From contig DYEN01000577.1 of NCBI GenBank assembly GCA_020725705.1, positions 1 through 56,423 of the forward strand: a stretch of DNA of 56,423 nucleotides. The letters run 5' to 3'. The notes beneath the pieces were generated by a model. That model was not told the DNA's origin. It made no database searches and saw nothing but the letters and a program-made list of their open reading frames with translations. Positions 35,422-45,276 of this stretch are shown here, one piece after another. The DNA is from Anaerolinea sp. Its GTDB lineage: Bacteria > Chloroflexota > Anaerolineae > Aggregatilineales > Aggregatilineaceae. Each line of letters starts with the position of its first letter. Positions within the stretch are counted from its first letter, which is position 1. The translations under genes and the position numbers were made by a program.

Positions 35422-36370
35422 TGCTTACCTCACCTTCCAGCAGCCAGGCTTCATCAAAATGCGCCGAGTGGATGTGCTCACGCCGCGCGGTATAGACCAG
35501 GTGGATCGTCGCGCCGGTCTGCAGCAGCGTCGGGTATGAGTACTCGGCATGCCCGTCCTCGATGGTGCGCTTCCAGCGCCAGCACTCGTCTTCACCGGCC
35601 AGCGCGACGCACAGCGGCGTCCGCAGCCGGTCGCTGTCGTTGAAGGCTAGCGCCAGCCGCCCACTCGCCAGCCGGATCAGGTCGATGCCTGAATTCGGGT
35701 TGGGGATGGTAGTCGGCTCCGGCTCCGTCCAGCTTTCGCCCCCGTCCGCCGATTCCGCCCGCCAGATAACGCCGCCCGCGCCGCCCGTGCGTAGATAGGC
35801 CAACAGCCGCCCGTCCGAAAGCGGCGCGACACAGGGATGGATATTGCCGGCGGGGCTGACCAGCGGCGCGGTCTGCCGCCACGAGCGCCCATCGTCGTCC
35901 GAGATCAGCATCAGCGACTGCCAGGCACGCTCGTTATAAGCTGGCAGGATGATCCGACCGGGCAGCACCAGCGGCTTGCTGCGAAACATCAGCCCCGGCG
36001 TCTCCATCAACGGGGCCGGGGGACTCCACGTGCTCCCGCCGTCGGCCGAGCACTGCCAGTGTGGGACCGCGCTCGTCCAGTCGCGGTCCATGATTACGTC
36101 GAAGAACAGCCACAGCGCGCCGTCGTGCCGGGGCAGGAAGACCGGCTGCCCCAGCGAGCGCCCCGGCACCGCCGCGATCACCAGAGGGGTGCTCCAGCCG
36201 GGCGCGCCCGGCGGGCGCCGTGCCGCCAGGATGGCGACGTCCGGCGCGGTTTCGTACGCGCCGCTGAACCACGCACACAGCAGCGTACCGTCAGCCAGTG
36301 CGGCGAGAGTCGCGCAGTGGGCCGCAGGCCGATCGTCTCGCTGTGTAAAAACAGGCTCACTCTCGAACAT
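35372..36370 (-). CDS. BNR-repeat (sialidase/exo-alpha-sialidase-like) six-bladed propeller protein; no signal peptide
   Basis: Three Asp-box motifs SxDxGxTW: SADGGSTW, SDDDGRSW, SADGGESW. Start at MFESEPVF (ATG at 36370). The N-terminal 181 aa of the tracked ORF overlap the IclR gene and are rejected. Confidence 0.82.
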   Translation of the reverse strand: MFESEPVFTQRDDRPAAHCATLAALADGTLLCAWFSGAYETAPDVAILAARRPPGAPGWSTPLVIAAVPGRSLGQPVFLPRHDGALWLFFDVIMDRDWTSAVPHWQCSADGGSTWSPPAPLMETPGLMFRSKPLVLPGRIILPAYNERAWQSLMLISDDDGRSWRQTAPLVSPAGNIHPCVAPLSDGRLLAYLRTGGAGGVIWRAESADGGESWTEPEPTTIPNPNSGIDLIRLASGRLALAFNDSDRLRTPLCVALAGEDECWRWKRTIEDGHAEYSYPTLLQTGATIHLVYTARREHIHSAHFDEAWLLEGEVSSELAYQGRHRPAVDAV

Positions 36371-36375
36371 CGTCG

Positions 36376-37188
36376 TTAATCCGCTGCGGCCTGGCGGCGC
36401 TTCGACAGGCGCGGTGCGTCCACAACCCGCGCCGGCGTGGCGGGCACATAGCCCATCCGCCGTGAAATTTCCTGCGCGGTGGCGACCACCTGTGGCGCGA
36501 GCGCGTCCCGGCGCCGCCCGATCAGCTCGCGATCCGCGCCGGAGACGCTGCACGCCCCAATGACGTGCCCCTGCCCGTCCAGCACCGCTGCCCCCAGGCA
36601 GAACGTACGCACCTCGTGCTCCTGGTTGTCGATGGCGTAACCGCGCTGCCGTGTCTGCTCTAAGTCGGCACGCAGCACGTCGGGATCGGTCAGGGTATGC
36701 GGCGTGAAGGCCGGAAGCCCTGCGCGCGTGATGATTTGCTCGACCTCTTCCGGCGGCAACGCGGCAAGGATCGACTTGCCTACCGCCGTGCAGTGCAGCG
36801 GAGCGCGGTCGCCCACCGCCGTGCGTGCCAGCAGCCGCCGCGAGGATTCGACCGCGTAGATGTACAGCACCGCGTCGCCGTCCCGGACAGTCAGATAAAC
36901 CGACTCGCGACACAGATCGGCCAGCTCGCGCACCAGCGGCGCGGCGCGGTCGCGCAGCTCCACATTGACACGCACCCCCTGCGTCAGCGCGATAATCGCC
37001 GTTCCCAGTGCATAGGCGTCGCCCTCCACCTTCTCAATGAATCCTTCGGAGATCAGCGTCTTGAGAATGTTATGTGCGGTACTCTTGGGGATGCCCAGGC
37101 GGGCGCTGATCTCACCCAGCGTCAGGCGCGGCTCGCCGCTGCTGAACAACTTCATGATCTGAACAGCTTTGATGATCGATTGAATCAT
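36376..37188 (-). CDS. IclR-family transcriptional regulator
   Basis: N-terminal w[27 protein letters not shown] plus a C-terminal IclR effector domain. Start taken at [15 protein letters not shown]. Confidence 0.9.
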   Translation of the reverse strand: MIQSIIKAVQIMKLFSSGEPRLTLGEISARLGIPKSTAHNILKTLISEGFIEKVEGDAYALGTAIIALTQGVRVNVELRDRAAPLVRELADLCRESVYLTVRDGDAVLYIYAVESSRRLLARTAVGDRAPLHCTAVGKSILAALPPEEVEQIITRAGLPAFTPHTLTDPDVLRADLEQTRQRGYAIDNQEHEVRTFCLGAAVLDGQGHVIGACSVSGADRELIGRRRDALAPQVVATAQEISRRMGYVPATPARVVDAPRLSKRRQAAAD

Positions 37189-37196
37189 TCGGAGCG

Positions 37197-37211
37197 TTCC
37201 ATAATGTGGAA
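37197..37211. promoter_or_regulatory. Inverted repeat TTCCA-N5-TGGAA immediately upstream of the IclR start (candidate operator)
   Basis: TTCCATAATGTGGAA at 37197..37211, 9 nt upstream of the chosen ATG. IclR regulators commonly autoregulate through palindromes near their own start. Confidence 0.3.
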
Positions 37212-37451
37212 TGATATTCGCTATAACAGAATGTGCTTTCAGCATACAGGAGATCAAGTCGTGATGTCAAGAGAGATAGGCTGGATGTCGATAGCCAGAG
37301 CGTGGTATACATTTAACGGGGAGCGGCGGTGTTGGACGTTCTCACAGGAACCGCCCGCTGTCCCACCATCGCGCGTTTGACTCCCGTATTTCGCACGGGC
37401 CGCACACAAGGCCCAATCGTGCCACAACCGGCGCTGCCCCACACCATGCCA

Positions 37452-37493
37452 CCCCAAAACACGCGGGCCGATCCTCACGCGAAAGATCGGCCC
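37452..37493 (-). terminator. Intrinsic-type terminator after ctaB
   Basis: 9-bp stem GGGCCGATC (37465..37473) and GATCGGCCC (37485..37493). On the minus-strand transcript it is followed by GCGUGUUUUGGGG. Confidence 0.5.
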
Positions 37494-37524
37494 GCGCCGT
37501 TCCCGGTTGCTGTCCCCTCGCCGG

Positions 37525-38442
37525 TCAGAGCATCGACACCACCGCCACCGCCAGCAGCACAATGCTCAGGTACAGGTTCGACACCTTAAAAACCGCCATC
37601 GCCCGCGGCGCGGTGGCATTCGACAGCAGCAGGACCGACTCGCGGAGCAGCCAGGCGGTCGCCAGACCAACCGGCAGCACATAGAGCCACCCCAGCGCCC
37701 CGTGCAGCGCCAGCAGCAGCCCAAAGAAGCCGGTTGCCAGCGCGTGCACCAGCATCCAGAACAGCGCCTGGCGCGAGCTGGACACCACCGGCAGCATCGG
37801 CACGCCCGCCCGGCTGTAGTCCTTGCGGTAGGCCAGCGCCAGCGCCCAGAAGTGGATCGGCGACCAGGTGAACAGCAGCGCCGCCAGAACCAGCACGCCC
37901 GGATCGGTCCACTGGCCGGCTGCCGCGCCCCCGCTCAGGACGGCTGCGCTGCCCGCCGCCCCGCCGATCACAACATTGAGCACGCTGCGCGGCTTGAGCC
38001 AGAGGGTATAAACACCCACGTAGATGAACGCGCCAAGCGCCAGGAAGAACGCCAGCGGCGGGTTGCCGGCCAGCAACGCGATGGCGCTGGCACCGATCAC
38101 CAGGGCGCTGGCGGCGATCAGGGCAGCGCGCGGGTTGACCTCGCCCGTCACCAGCGGGCGCCGGGCCGTGCGCTTCATGAGCGCGTCTCTGTCGCGTTCG
38201 AGGTACTGGTTCAGCGCCGAGGCCCCCGCCGCCGACATGGTGCCGGTCAGCAGCAGCAGCGCCATCTGCCCCCAGGTCGGGCGTCCGTGCGCGGCGAGCA
38301 GCGCACCGCCCACCGCGGCAAAAACCAGCAGCAGGACAATACGCAGCTTGAACAGCACCACCAGCGTGCCAAGCAGCGATGCGCGCTTCTCTTCGTGAGC
38401 GCGGACGGCAGGATGCGTGCCGGTGCGGGTAACCATCGTCAT
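37525..38442 (-). CDS. ctaB: Protoheme IX farnesyltransferase (heme O synthase)
   Basis: UbiA-superfamily polytopic protein. LFKLRIVLLLVFAAVGGALLA, ALNQYLERDRDALMKRTARRPL and the second Asp-rich region YRKDY. Start at the ATG at 38442 with GGAG upstream. Confidence 0.88.
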   Translation of the reverse strand: MTMVTRTGTHPAVRAHEEKRASLLGTLVVLFKLRIVLLLVFAAVGGALLAAHGRPTWGQMALLLLTGTMSAAGASALNQYLERDRDALMKRTARRPLVTGEVNPRAALIAASALVIGASAIALLAGNPPLAFFLALGAFIYVGVYTLWLKPRSVLNVVIGGAAGSAAVLSGGAAAGQWTDPGVLVLAALLFTWSPIHFWALALAYRKDYSRAGVPMLPVVSSSRQALFWMLVHALATGFFGLLLALHGALGWLYVLPVGLATAWLLRESVLLLSNATAPRAMAVFKVSNLYLSIVLLAVAVVSML

Positions 38443-38685
38443 GCAGCACTCCAGTGCGCGCCAGGGCGCAAGCTCCAATCGCAGCCAGGGAAGCGTAGGG
38501 AGACGACGAGGCTCGATGTGTGAGAATTCACTCAATTCTAATCACAATTATCTCAAAAATCCAGATGGAATGCCGCTTCGCCTGCCAGCCGTTGTGCCGT
38601 CTCTGCACCGCGAACACCGTTACAACCGTTACAATAGAAGCAGCAGCGGATGTCTGACCGCGCATGCAACCGAAAGAAAAAGCCC

Positions 38686-40014
38686 ATGTCGCGCATTCTG
38701 ATCGAAATCACCGTTATCCTGGCGCTGGTGATCGTCAACGGCCTGTTTGCGATGTCCGAACTGGCGGTGGTTTCGGCCCGCAAGGCACGCCTGCAAGATC
38801 GGGCCAACCGCGGCAGCCGCGGCGCGCGCGCTGCCCTGACCCTGGCCGCCGCGCCCGACCGTTTCCTGTCCACCGTCCAGATCGGGATCACGCTGGTGGG
38901 GGTGCTGGCGGGCGCGTTCGGCGGGCAGACCATCGCCCGGCTGATCGGGGATGAACTGCGCCAGATCGAGGCACTGGCACCGTATAGCGACGCGATCGGC
39001 TTGGCGCTGGTCGTGCTGGCGATCACCTATCTCTCGCTGGTCATCGGCGAGCTGGTCCCCAAGCGGATCGCGCTTCAGAACCCGGAAGGCATCGCCGCCG
39101 CCGTCGCCGGGCCAATGATGCATCTCTCGCGGCTGGCCGGGCCGCTGGTGCGCCTGCTGAGTGCCTCGACCACGCTGGTCGTCCGGCTGCTCGGTCTGCG
39201 GGCTACAGGCGAGGCGCCGGTGACTGAGGAAGAGATCCGCATCATGATCGAAGAGGGGACCGAGGCGGGCGTCTTCCTCAGCAGCGAGCAGGATATGGTC
39301 GCCAGCGTCTTCCGGTTGGACGAACGCCACGTCAGCGCCCTCATGACGCCGCACACCGAACTGGTCTGGCTGGATGTCCAGGATTCGCCGGAGACGATCC
39401 GCGCCAAACTGAGCGGCAGCCACCACGCCGTCCTGCCGGTGGGCCGCGGCAGCCTGGATAACCTGGTGGGCATTGTTCACAGCAACGATCTAGTGGCGCA
39501 GCTTCTCGGCGGCGAGCCGCTCAACCTGGAGAAGATCGCGCGACCCGCGCGCTTCGTGCCCGAAACAACCTCGGTCACCCGGCTGGTCGAACAGCTTCGC
39601 GGCAGCCCGGAGCATAGCGTGCTGGTGATCGACGAGCACGGCGGGATTCAGGGCCTGGTCACCGAACACGACATCCTCGAAACGATCGTCGGCGATCTCC
39701 CCTCGCTGAGCGAACTGCGCCATCCCCAGGCCGTGCAGCGCGAAGACGGTTCCTGGCTGCTCGACGGCCTGATGACGATCGACGAAGCGCGCGAGATCTT
39801 GCACTTTGGGCCGCTCCCCGGCGAGGAGCGCGGCGCCTTCGAGACGCTGGGCGGCTTCGTGATGGACCGGCTCGGCGCCATTCCAGAGACGGGCGCGCAC
39901 TTCCACTGGGGACCCTACCGCTTCGAGGTCGTGGACATGGACGGGCGGCGCGTGGACAAGATCCTGGTCAGCACGGCGCCACCGGCCGAATCGACTCCCG
40001 ACATCGATATATAG
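38686..40014 (+). CDS. CNNM/TlyC-family protein (DUF21, CBS pair, CorC_HlyC); putative Mg/Co efflux or hemolysin-like
   Basis: N-terminal DUF21 (VILALVIVNGLFAMSELAVVSARK). CBS pair region. C-terminal transporter-associated domain (GGFVMDRLGAIPETGAHFHWGPYRFEVVDMDGRRVDKILV). Confidence 0.88.
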   Translation: MSRILIEITVILALVIVNGLFAMSELAVVSARKARLQDRANRGSRGARAALTLAAAPDRFLSTVQIGITLVGVLAGAFGGQTIARLIGDELRQIEALAPYSDAIGLALVVLAITYLSLVIGELVPKRIALQNPEGIAAAVAGPMMHLSRLAGPLVRLLSASTTLVVRLLGLRATGEAPVTEEEIRIMIEEGTEAGVFLSSEQDMVASVFRLDERHVSALMTPHTELVWLDVQDSPETIRAKLSGSHHAVLPVGRGSLDNLVGIVHSNDLVAQLLGGEPLNLEKIARPARFVPETTSVTRLVEQLRGSPEHSVLVIDEHGGIQGLVTEHDILETIVGDLPSLSELRHPQAVQREDGSWLLDGLMTIDEAREILHFGPLPGEERGAFETLGGFVMDRLGAIPETGAHFHWGPYRFEVVDMDGRRVDKILVSTAPPAESTPDIDI

Positions 40015-40095
40015 ACCAATTCGCCAGCAGCCCTGTCAGCAGCCGGTGCTATACTAAAGAACGTAGACTTGTTTCTTTTTCAAGGAGAGAAGAGC

Positions 40096-40323
40096 ATGGA
40101 CGGCTTAATTCGCTTTCTCGCCAGTACGAACGGCCGCATTGTGCGCGCTGTGGTTGGGATTGTCCTCATCATCCTCGGTTGGCAGGTCGTCGGCGACACA
40201 GCAGGCTGGATTCTGGTTATTATCGGCCTGATCCCGCTGGCGGCCGGAGTATTTGACTTCTGTCTGTTGGCGCCGCTGTTCGGCAAGCCGTTCCGCGGTG
40301 AAGACATCCGGCGCGCCGGATAA
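40096..40323 (+). CDS. DUF2892 (YgaP-like) small membrane protein
   Basis: 75 aa. GRIVRAVVGIVLIILGW...WILVIIGLIPLAAGVFDFCLLAPLFG is the typical DUF2892 pattern. AGGAGA lies upstream of the ATG at 40096. Confidence 0.8.
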   Translation: MDGLIRFLASTNGRIVRAVVGIVLIILGWQVVGDTAGWILVIIGLIPLAAGVFDFCLLAPLFGKPFRGEDIRRAG

Positions 40324-40357
40324 CGCATTCTGTCCTCGCCTAGCTACAGGGTTGAGC

Positions 40358-40390
40358 ACACCGCCGGGAGCCACAGCCGCCCGGCGGTGT
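40358..40390 (+). terminator. Stem-loop terminator candidate after the DUF2892 gene
   Basis: 11-bp perfect stem ACACCGCCGGG (40358..40368) and CCCGGCGGTGT (40380..40390), followed by GTTGTGT. Confidence 0.45.
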
Positions 40391-40399
40391 GTTGTGTAG

Positions 40400-40437
40400 A
40401 GAAAAAGGCTGGGCGGCCTTGGGGGGAGAGCCGCCCA
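40400..40437 (-). terminator. Intrinsic terminator after the VOC gene
   Basis: 8-bp stem TGGGCGGC (40410..40417) and GCCGCCCA (40430..40437). On the minus-strand transcript it is followed by GCCUUUUUCUC. Confidence 0.55.
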
Positions 40438-40542
40438 ACGTTCACCGGCGCGTTGCACGGGGTTTGGGGGATTTAACGCGCCGACGAAACCAAACCGGTG
40501 CCGGCCCTCAGGGGCGGGTATGCCGTCGGGCCAGCCGCGCGC

Positions 40543-40941
40543 CTACTGCATCGAGAACAGCCCGACACGATTGCCTTCCGTATCCTCGAAGTGCGCCCAG
40601 TAGCCCATCCCTTCGGCGATCAGGGTCTTCGGGGTGATGACCTTGCCACCTGCGGGTTCGACGCGGTTCAGCGCCGTGTTGAGATCGCCGTCCACATACA
40701 GGTAAACGACCGTGCCGTCGCGCGCGGGCTTCTGATTCTGCGTGAAGACGACTGCCCCATTGATCGCGCCGATCTCCGACGGGTCGCTGAACACCGCCAT
40801 CCGCGCGCCATCCGGGCCGACTTCGTTACCCGACGGATCGGCCATCGGGTACAGCGGGCGGCCCAGGACTTCGCCGTAAAATGCCACAGCACGCTCAAAA
40901 TCAACAGCAGGGATCTCGAACCAGGCTATCGCATGTGCCAT
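40543..40941 (-). CDS. VOC-family (glyoxalase/bleomycin-resistance fold) protein
   Basis: 132 aa. The N-terminal AWFEIPAVDFERAVAFYGEVLG and the C-terminal WAHFEDTEGNRVGLFS are typical. AAGGAGA lies 6 nt upstream of the ATG at 40941. Confidence 0.85.
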   Translation of the reverse strand: MAHAIAWFEIPAVDFERAVAFYGEVLGRPLYPMADPSGNEVGPDGARMAVFSDPSEIGAINGAVVFTQNQKPARDGTVVYLYVDGDLNTALNRVEPAGGKVITPKTLIAEGMGYWAHFEDTEGNRVGLFSMQ

Positions 40942-41277
40942 GTTGTGTCTCCTTGTGGGGCTGGCGAGTTCCGCCCGGCGCAACGGTGTGTATTCGCCCG
41001 CAACCGGCTTGCCTCAATCACACATCGCTTCCAGTATAGGAACAAATGTTCTATCTGTCAAGTTAAGATTGTACAAAGACACGCGCCGGGCACCTTTATC
41101 CGGCGCATGTTACCTCCCGCGCTTCTGGGCTTTTCGTAGGGGGTGATGCAAGCCTCGCCCGCTGCCGGACCGGCCGTGCCTACGACCCGGCATCGGGCGC
41201 AGGCCGGGCAAGCCCGATCCCTCTATGCGTCACGCCGGCTTTCCTCATGAGCCGGTCTTCAACGTCCCTCACAGCCG

Positions 41278-43455
41278 CTAGCGGGGCACGTAATACAACA
41301 CCAGCATTTTCTCGCGAGGCAGGTCGTAGGGACTCTCGAAGGGGCCCGCTGCGCCCAGGGCGCTCACCACGCGCGCGATCGAGGCCGGGTCATCGGGCGG
41401 CAGGAAGAACGCCAGATCGCCCTCTGCCGGCAGCAGGCGAAAATCCAGCCGGGCGAACTCGGCAGTGGTCAGCACGGTCACGGTCAAATCGTCGCGCAGA
41501 AACGCCAGATGCCGTCGCGTGTCGATCTCGGGCAGGGTATCGTTGCCGACGATCACCAGATGCGTGTTGGGGGGAAAGGCACGCGCGCGCAGCAACGCAT
41601 CGTCCACGTCATAATCGATGTGGGCGCGGACCTCTTGGTTGAACCCGTCGAGAAACGGGCCGAAATACAGCCCGCCCTGCCACAGCGCAATCCCCAGCCC
41701 GGCGCCGATCAGGGCCTTCTCGGCGGCGCCGCGCCACCGGCCCCACGGCCCGACCAGCCGCCAGGTCCAGCGCAGCCCAACCGCCACCAGCAGCGCCAGC
41801 GCCGGAAAGACCACGACGTAGCGCGTCGAGACGGCGCTCTCCACGATCAGCGCGTTGCCGATCAGCGTGCCGAGCACCCACAGCAGCGGCAGCACGCCCG
41901 GTCTGCGCCACCACCACCCGGCCAGGACCACGCCCAGCAAAAACGCAGGCACCAGCGCCTCATGAACCAGCGGATGCGTCCCGCCCAGATAGAGGTAGTA
42001 GTAGAGGTAGGTGTTTTCCGGCGAATTGACGAGCAGCGCGGCGGCGTGCTTGAAGTGCGTCCAGCGGGTCGCCAGCGTGTCCGGCTCACGGTCGCGCGCC
42101 CAATACTCCGGGTTGAAACCGGCGCTGTCCAGGCGGTTGAAGAACGGCAAGTCCAGCCCGATCAGCGCCAGATAGACCGGCGCCGCGACCAGCACGAAGA
42201 CCACCAGTGCGATCAGCAGGCCGCGCCACGCGGGCCGGGGCCGCCACACCAGCAGCCCTGCGCCTAGCCAGGTCGCCGCCAGAACCGGGAAGAGCATCCG
42301 CCCGCCGTCGTAGAAATACTGCGTCAGGCCCAGCGCCGCGCCGCCCAGCGCAAAATCGAGCCGCCGACCGGTCTGCACGCCGCGCGCCAGCAGCGCCAGC
42401 GCCAGCGTCCCGAACAGCGGATCGGCAATATTGTTCAGCCCCAGGCGGCTGAAATGGAGATGCGGCACGAAGGTGAGCAGGATCAGCGCGGCCAGCAGCG
42501 CGGTCAGGCGGTCGTAGAGTGTGCGCGCCAGCAGGTACAGCGCGGGGACGGTCAGGCCGCCGAGCAGGGCGCTCGCGGCGCGCAGGCCGTCCAGGTCCCG
42601 TCCAAGCAGCGCGACGGCCTGCGCCTGGAGATAGGAATACAGGAACGGGAACGAGGCGACGGTCGGCATCGGCTCCAGCAGGCGCAGGTCCGGATACTGC
42701 CACACGTAGGCGATGCCGAGCGCGAAGTGCCCCTCATCCACCAGCGTCCGTACGCTGGTTGCCAGCATCCAGAAGCGCACCGCCAGCGCCGCCGCACTCA
42801 GCGCCAGCACCACGCCCAGCTCGATCCGCAGCGCGCGCCCAGGCCGGCCGGGCCGCCCGACCCCGCCCAGGCCCAGCGCCAGCAGCGCGGTTCCGCCCAC
42901 CAGCAGCGCGAACTGCACATCCGGACCCGCGCCCGCCAGCCCGCGCAGGCCGAGCAGCCCGGCGTTGATCTCGGCCAGGGCCGCCAGCACCAGCCCGCCT
43001 GCCACCGCCGCCAGGCGCGCCCGCCGCCCGCCGGCGTATGCGCCCAGCCCGATCGCGCGCGGGCGCGGTGGCGCGATCGTGTGCCCGGCCAGCGCCAGCG
43101 CCCCGGCCAACGTCAGCGCGCCCAACGCCGGGACGATCACCCCCGCAGCGCCGATGTACACTTCGGGCTGGGGAGTCGGGCGGAAGTGAACGAGAGCGCG
43201 CCCGGTCGGGCGCAGCGCATAGGCACCGAGGGCCATCAGCGCGACCGCGGCCAGCCCCAGCGCGCGTGCCAGCAACGCGGTGCTGTGCAGCCGCCGGCGA
43301 GCCAGCACCCCCGCCGGCGCCAGCCCGGCTGCCGGCGCCGCCAGTAACAGCCCCCACCCGCCCGGCAGCAGGTACAGGGCCAGCAGCGCCGTAGCCACGG
43401 CGGCGCCCGCCAGCAAAAACCAGGCCAGCGTCACAAGCAAGTCGCGGCGAAGCAT
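41278..43455 (-). CDS. Glycosyltransferase family 39 (ArnT/PMT-like) polytopic membrane protein
   Basis: 725 aa with more than 12 hydrophobic helices. Loop-1 acidic motif (LVDEGHFALG). C-terminal soluble domain. The architecture is typical of GT-C/GT39. Confidence 0.75.
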   Translation of the reverse strand: MLRRDLLVTLAWFLLAGAAVATALLALYLLPGGWGLLLAAPAAGLAPAGVLARRRLHSTALLARALGLAAVALMALGAYALRPTGRALVHFRPTPQPEVYIGAAGVIVPALGALTLAGALALAGHTIAPPRPRAIGLGAYAGGRRARLAAVAGGLVLAALAEINAGLLGLRGLAGAGPDVQFALLVGGTALLALGLGGVGRPGRPGRALRIELGVVLALSAAALAVRFWMLATSVRTLVDEGHFALGIAYVWQYPDLRLLEPMPTVASFPFLYSYLQAQAVALLGRDLDGLRAASALLGGLTVPALYLLARTLYDRLTALLAALILLTFVPHLHFSRLGLNNIADPLFGTLALALLARGVQTGRRLDFALGGAALGLTQYFYDGGRMLFPVLAATWLGAGLLVWRPRPAWRGLLIALVVFVLVAAPVYLALIGLDLPFFNRLDSAGFNPEYWARDREPDTLATRWTHFKHAAALLVNSPENTYLYYYLYLGGTHPLVHEALVPAFLLGVVLAGWWWRRPGVLPLLWVLGTLIGNALIVESAVSTRYVVVFPALALLVAVGLRWTWRLVGPWGRWRGAAEKALIGAGLGIALWQGGLYFGPFLDGFNQEVRAHIDYDVDDALLRARAFPPNTHLVIVGNDTLPEIDTRRHLAFLRDDLTVTVLTTAEFARLDFRLLPAEGDLAFFLPPDDPASIARVVSALGAAGPFESPYDLPREKMLVLYYVPR

Positions 43456-43635
43456 CGTCTACATCGCGTCCGTACGGGCGGCCAACGCGCGCCCGCTCCC
43501 CCGTTGCCCTATGCTACCAGGGCTGCCGCGCCCCGGCCTGCCCGTATTGTACCAGCGGCGCGACGGGTTAGAGCAAAGCTGCGTAGTGGTGTACAATACA
43601 CAAGCGCGCGCGGCGTGTAAGAGGCGAGGGAAGGA

Positions 43636-44256
43636 ATGCCAGGTCTGTTCGAAGGATGCGGGGGGTGCTGCCTGTCGATCGTGCTCATCCCGCTGCTGTG
43701 CTGCGGGCTGGTCGTCGGCGCGCTGATCTACATCGACCAGAACGCGCCCGCGCCGCCCGTCACGCGCAATTTCCGGCCGAGCCAGGCCGACGCGCAGGCG
43801 TTCAAGGACGAGATCGCCCGCGCCACCAACCAGGCAGCGACACAGCGTTGGTTCTACATCACCGTCTACGAGCAGCAGATCTCGTCGTGGATGGCCCTGG
43901 AAGGCAAAGCCTTCGCCGACGAGAACGGGCACGCCTTCCCGTTTGAGGATGTGCAGGTCGGGCTGGACGACGGGCTGATCACCTTCTACGGCAAGCTGTC
44001 GCGCTATGGGATCACCGTGCCGCTCACCGTCTCCGTGTCGCCGGAGTTCGACGCCGAGGGCAATATCTCGCTGGCGATTGACTCCGCCAACGTCGGCGGC
44101 CTGAACGTGCCCGCTTTTGTGCTCAATAACGTCTCGGCCCAGTTGGACGACGCTCTGGTGCGCCCCTTCCGCGAGATCAACGGCAGCGCCGTGTTCTACC
44201 GCGACAGCCTCTCCATCGAAGACGGACGCCTGATCCTGCAAGGGGGCGTGCGCTAG
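43636..44256 (+). CDS. Hypothetical membrane-anchored protein with Cys-rich N-terminus
   Basis: 206 aa. N-terminal GCGGCCLSIVLIPLLCCGLVVGALIYI, then a soluble domain. No motif recognised. Confidence 0.5.
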   Translation: MPGLFEGCGGCCLSIVLIPLLCCGLVVGALIYIDQNAPAPPVTRNFRPSQADAQAFKDEIARATNQAATQRWFYITVYEQQISSWMALEGKAFADENGHAFPFEDVQVGLDDGLITFYGKLSRYGITVPLTVSVSPEFDAEGNISLAIDSANVGGLNVPAFVLNNVSAQLDDALVRPFREINGSAVFYRDSLSIEDGRLILQGGVR

Positions 44257-44286
44257 CGTGGTCACTCGCCTCGAAAGGACAGCCCT

Positions 44287-45258
44287 ATGACCATTCTCAT
44301 CACCGGCGGCGCGGGGTTCGTCGGCAGCCACCTCGCCCGCGCCCTGCTGGAGCGCGGCGATCGGGTGGTCGCCATCGACAATTTCAACGACTACTACGAT
44401 CCCGCCATCAAGCGCGATAACGTCCGGCGGCTGGCCGGGTATTCACACTTCACGCTGGTCGAGGGCGACATCCGCGACGAGCCAACGGTCGAAGCGCTTT
44501 TCGCCGAACACGGCGTGCGGCGCGTGGCGCATCTGGCCGCGATGGCCGGCGTCCGCGAAAGCATGCGCCAGCCCAAGCTCTATTTCGACGTCAATCTGAC
44601 CGGCACGTTTTACCTGCTCGAAGCGGCGCAGCGCCACGGCGTGGAGAACTTCGTCTTCGCCTCGACATCCTCGGTCTATGGCGAGACCAAGACGCTGCCG
44701 TTCGTCGAGACCGACCCGGCCGACCGCCCCCTGGCCGCCTACCCGGCCAGCAAGCGCGCCGCCGAACTGCTGGCGCACACCTACCATCATCTGCACGGCC
44801 TCAACGTGACCATCCTGCGCTTCTTCAACGTCTACGGACCGGCGGGGCGCCCGGATATGATGCCGCTGCGTGTGATGAACGCCCTGCTGGACGGCACGAC
44901 CATCCCCATCTTCAACAGGGGCGACATCCACCGCGACTGGACCTACATCGACGACACCGTCCAGGGGGTGATCGCCGCGCTCGACCAACCGCTCGGCTAC
45001 GAGATCCTGAACCTGGGCGTCGGCGCGCCGATCTCGCTGCGCGAGTTCATCGATGTGCTCGAAACCCTCTCCGGGCGGAAGCTCCACACGCGCGACGTGC
45101 CCACTCCGCCCAGCGATCCGCCCATCACCTACTGCGACAACAGCAAGATCCGCCGCCTGCTCGGCTTCAACCCGCAAACCCGCGTGCACGATGGCCTGGC
45201 GCGCACCTGGGAATGGTTCCGCGAGTGGCGGATCCAGACGGGCACCTGGCCCGATTAG
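44287..45258 (+). CDS. NAD-dependent nucleotide-sugar epimerase/dehydratase (UDP-glucuronate 4-epimerase-like)
   Basis: ILITGGAGFVGSHL, DNFNDYYD, catalytic YPASKRAAE. 323 aa. Confidence 0.88.
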   Translation: MTILITGGAGFVGSHLARALLERGDRVVAIDNFNDYYDPAIKRDNVRRLAGYSHFTLVEGDIRDEPTVEALFAEHGVRRVAHLAAMAGVRESMRQPKLYFDVNLTGTFYLLEAAQRHGVENFVFASTSSVYGETKTLPFVETDPADRPLAAYPASKRAAELLAHTYHHLHGLNVTILRFFNVYGPAGRPDMMPLRVMNALLDGTTIPIFNRGDIHRDWTYIDDTVQGVIAALDQPLGYEILNLGVGAPISLREFIDVLETLSGRKLHTRDVPTPPSDPPITYCDNSKIRRLLGFNPQTRVHDGLARTWEWFREWRIQTGTWPD

Positions 45259-45276
45259 GCGCGAAAGGAGCCTCTT

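Noticed and set aside
36371-36913. N-terminal 181 codons of the tracked 513-aa ORF 35372..36913
   Set aside because: They overlap the IclR gene in another frame and are Arg/Ala/Gly-rich junk. The BNR protein begins at MFESEP (36370), 5 nt after the IclR stop.
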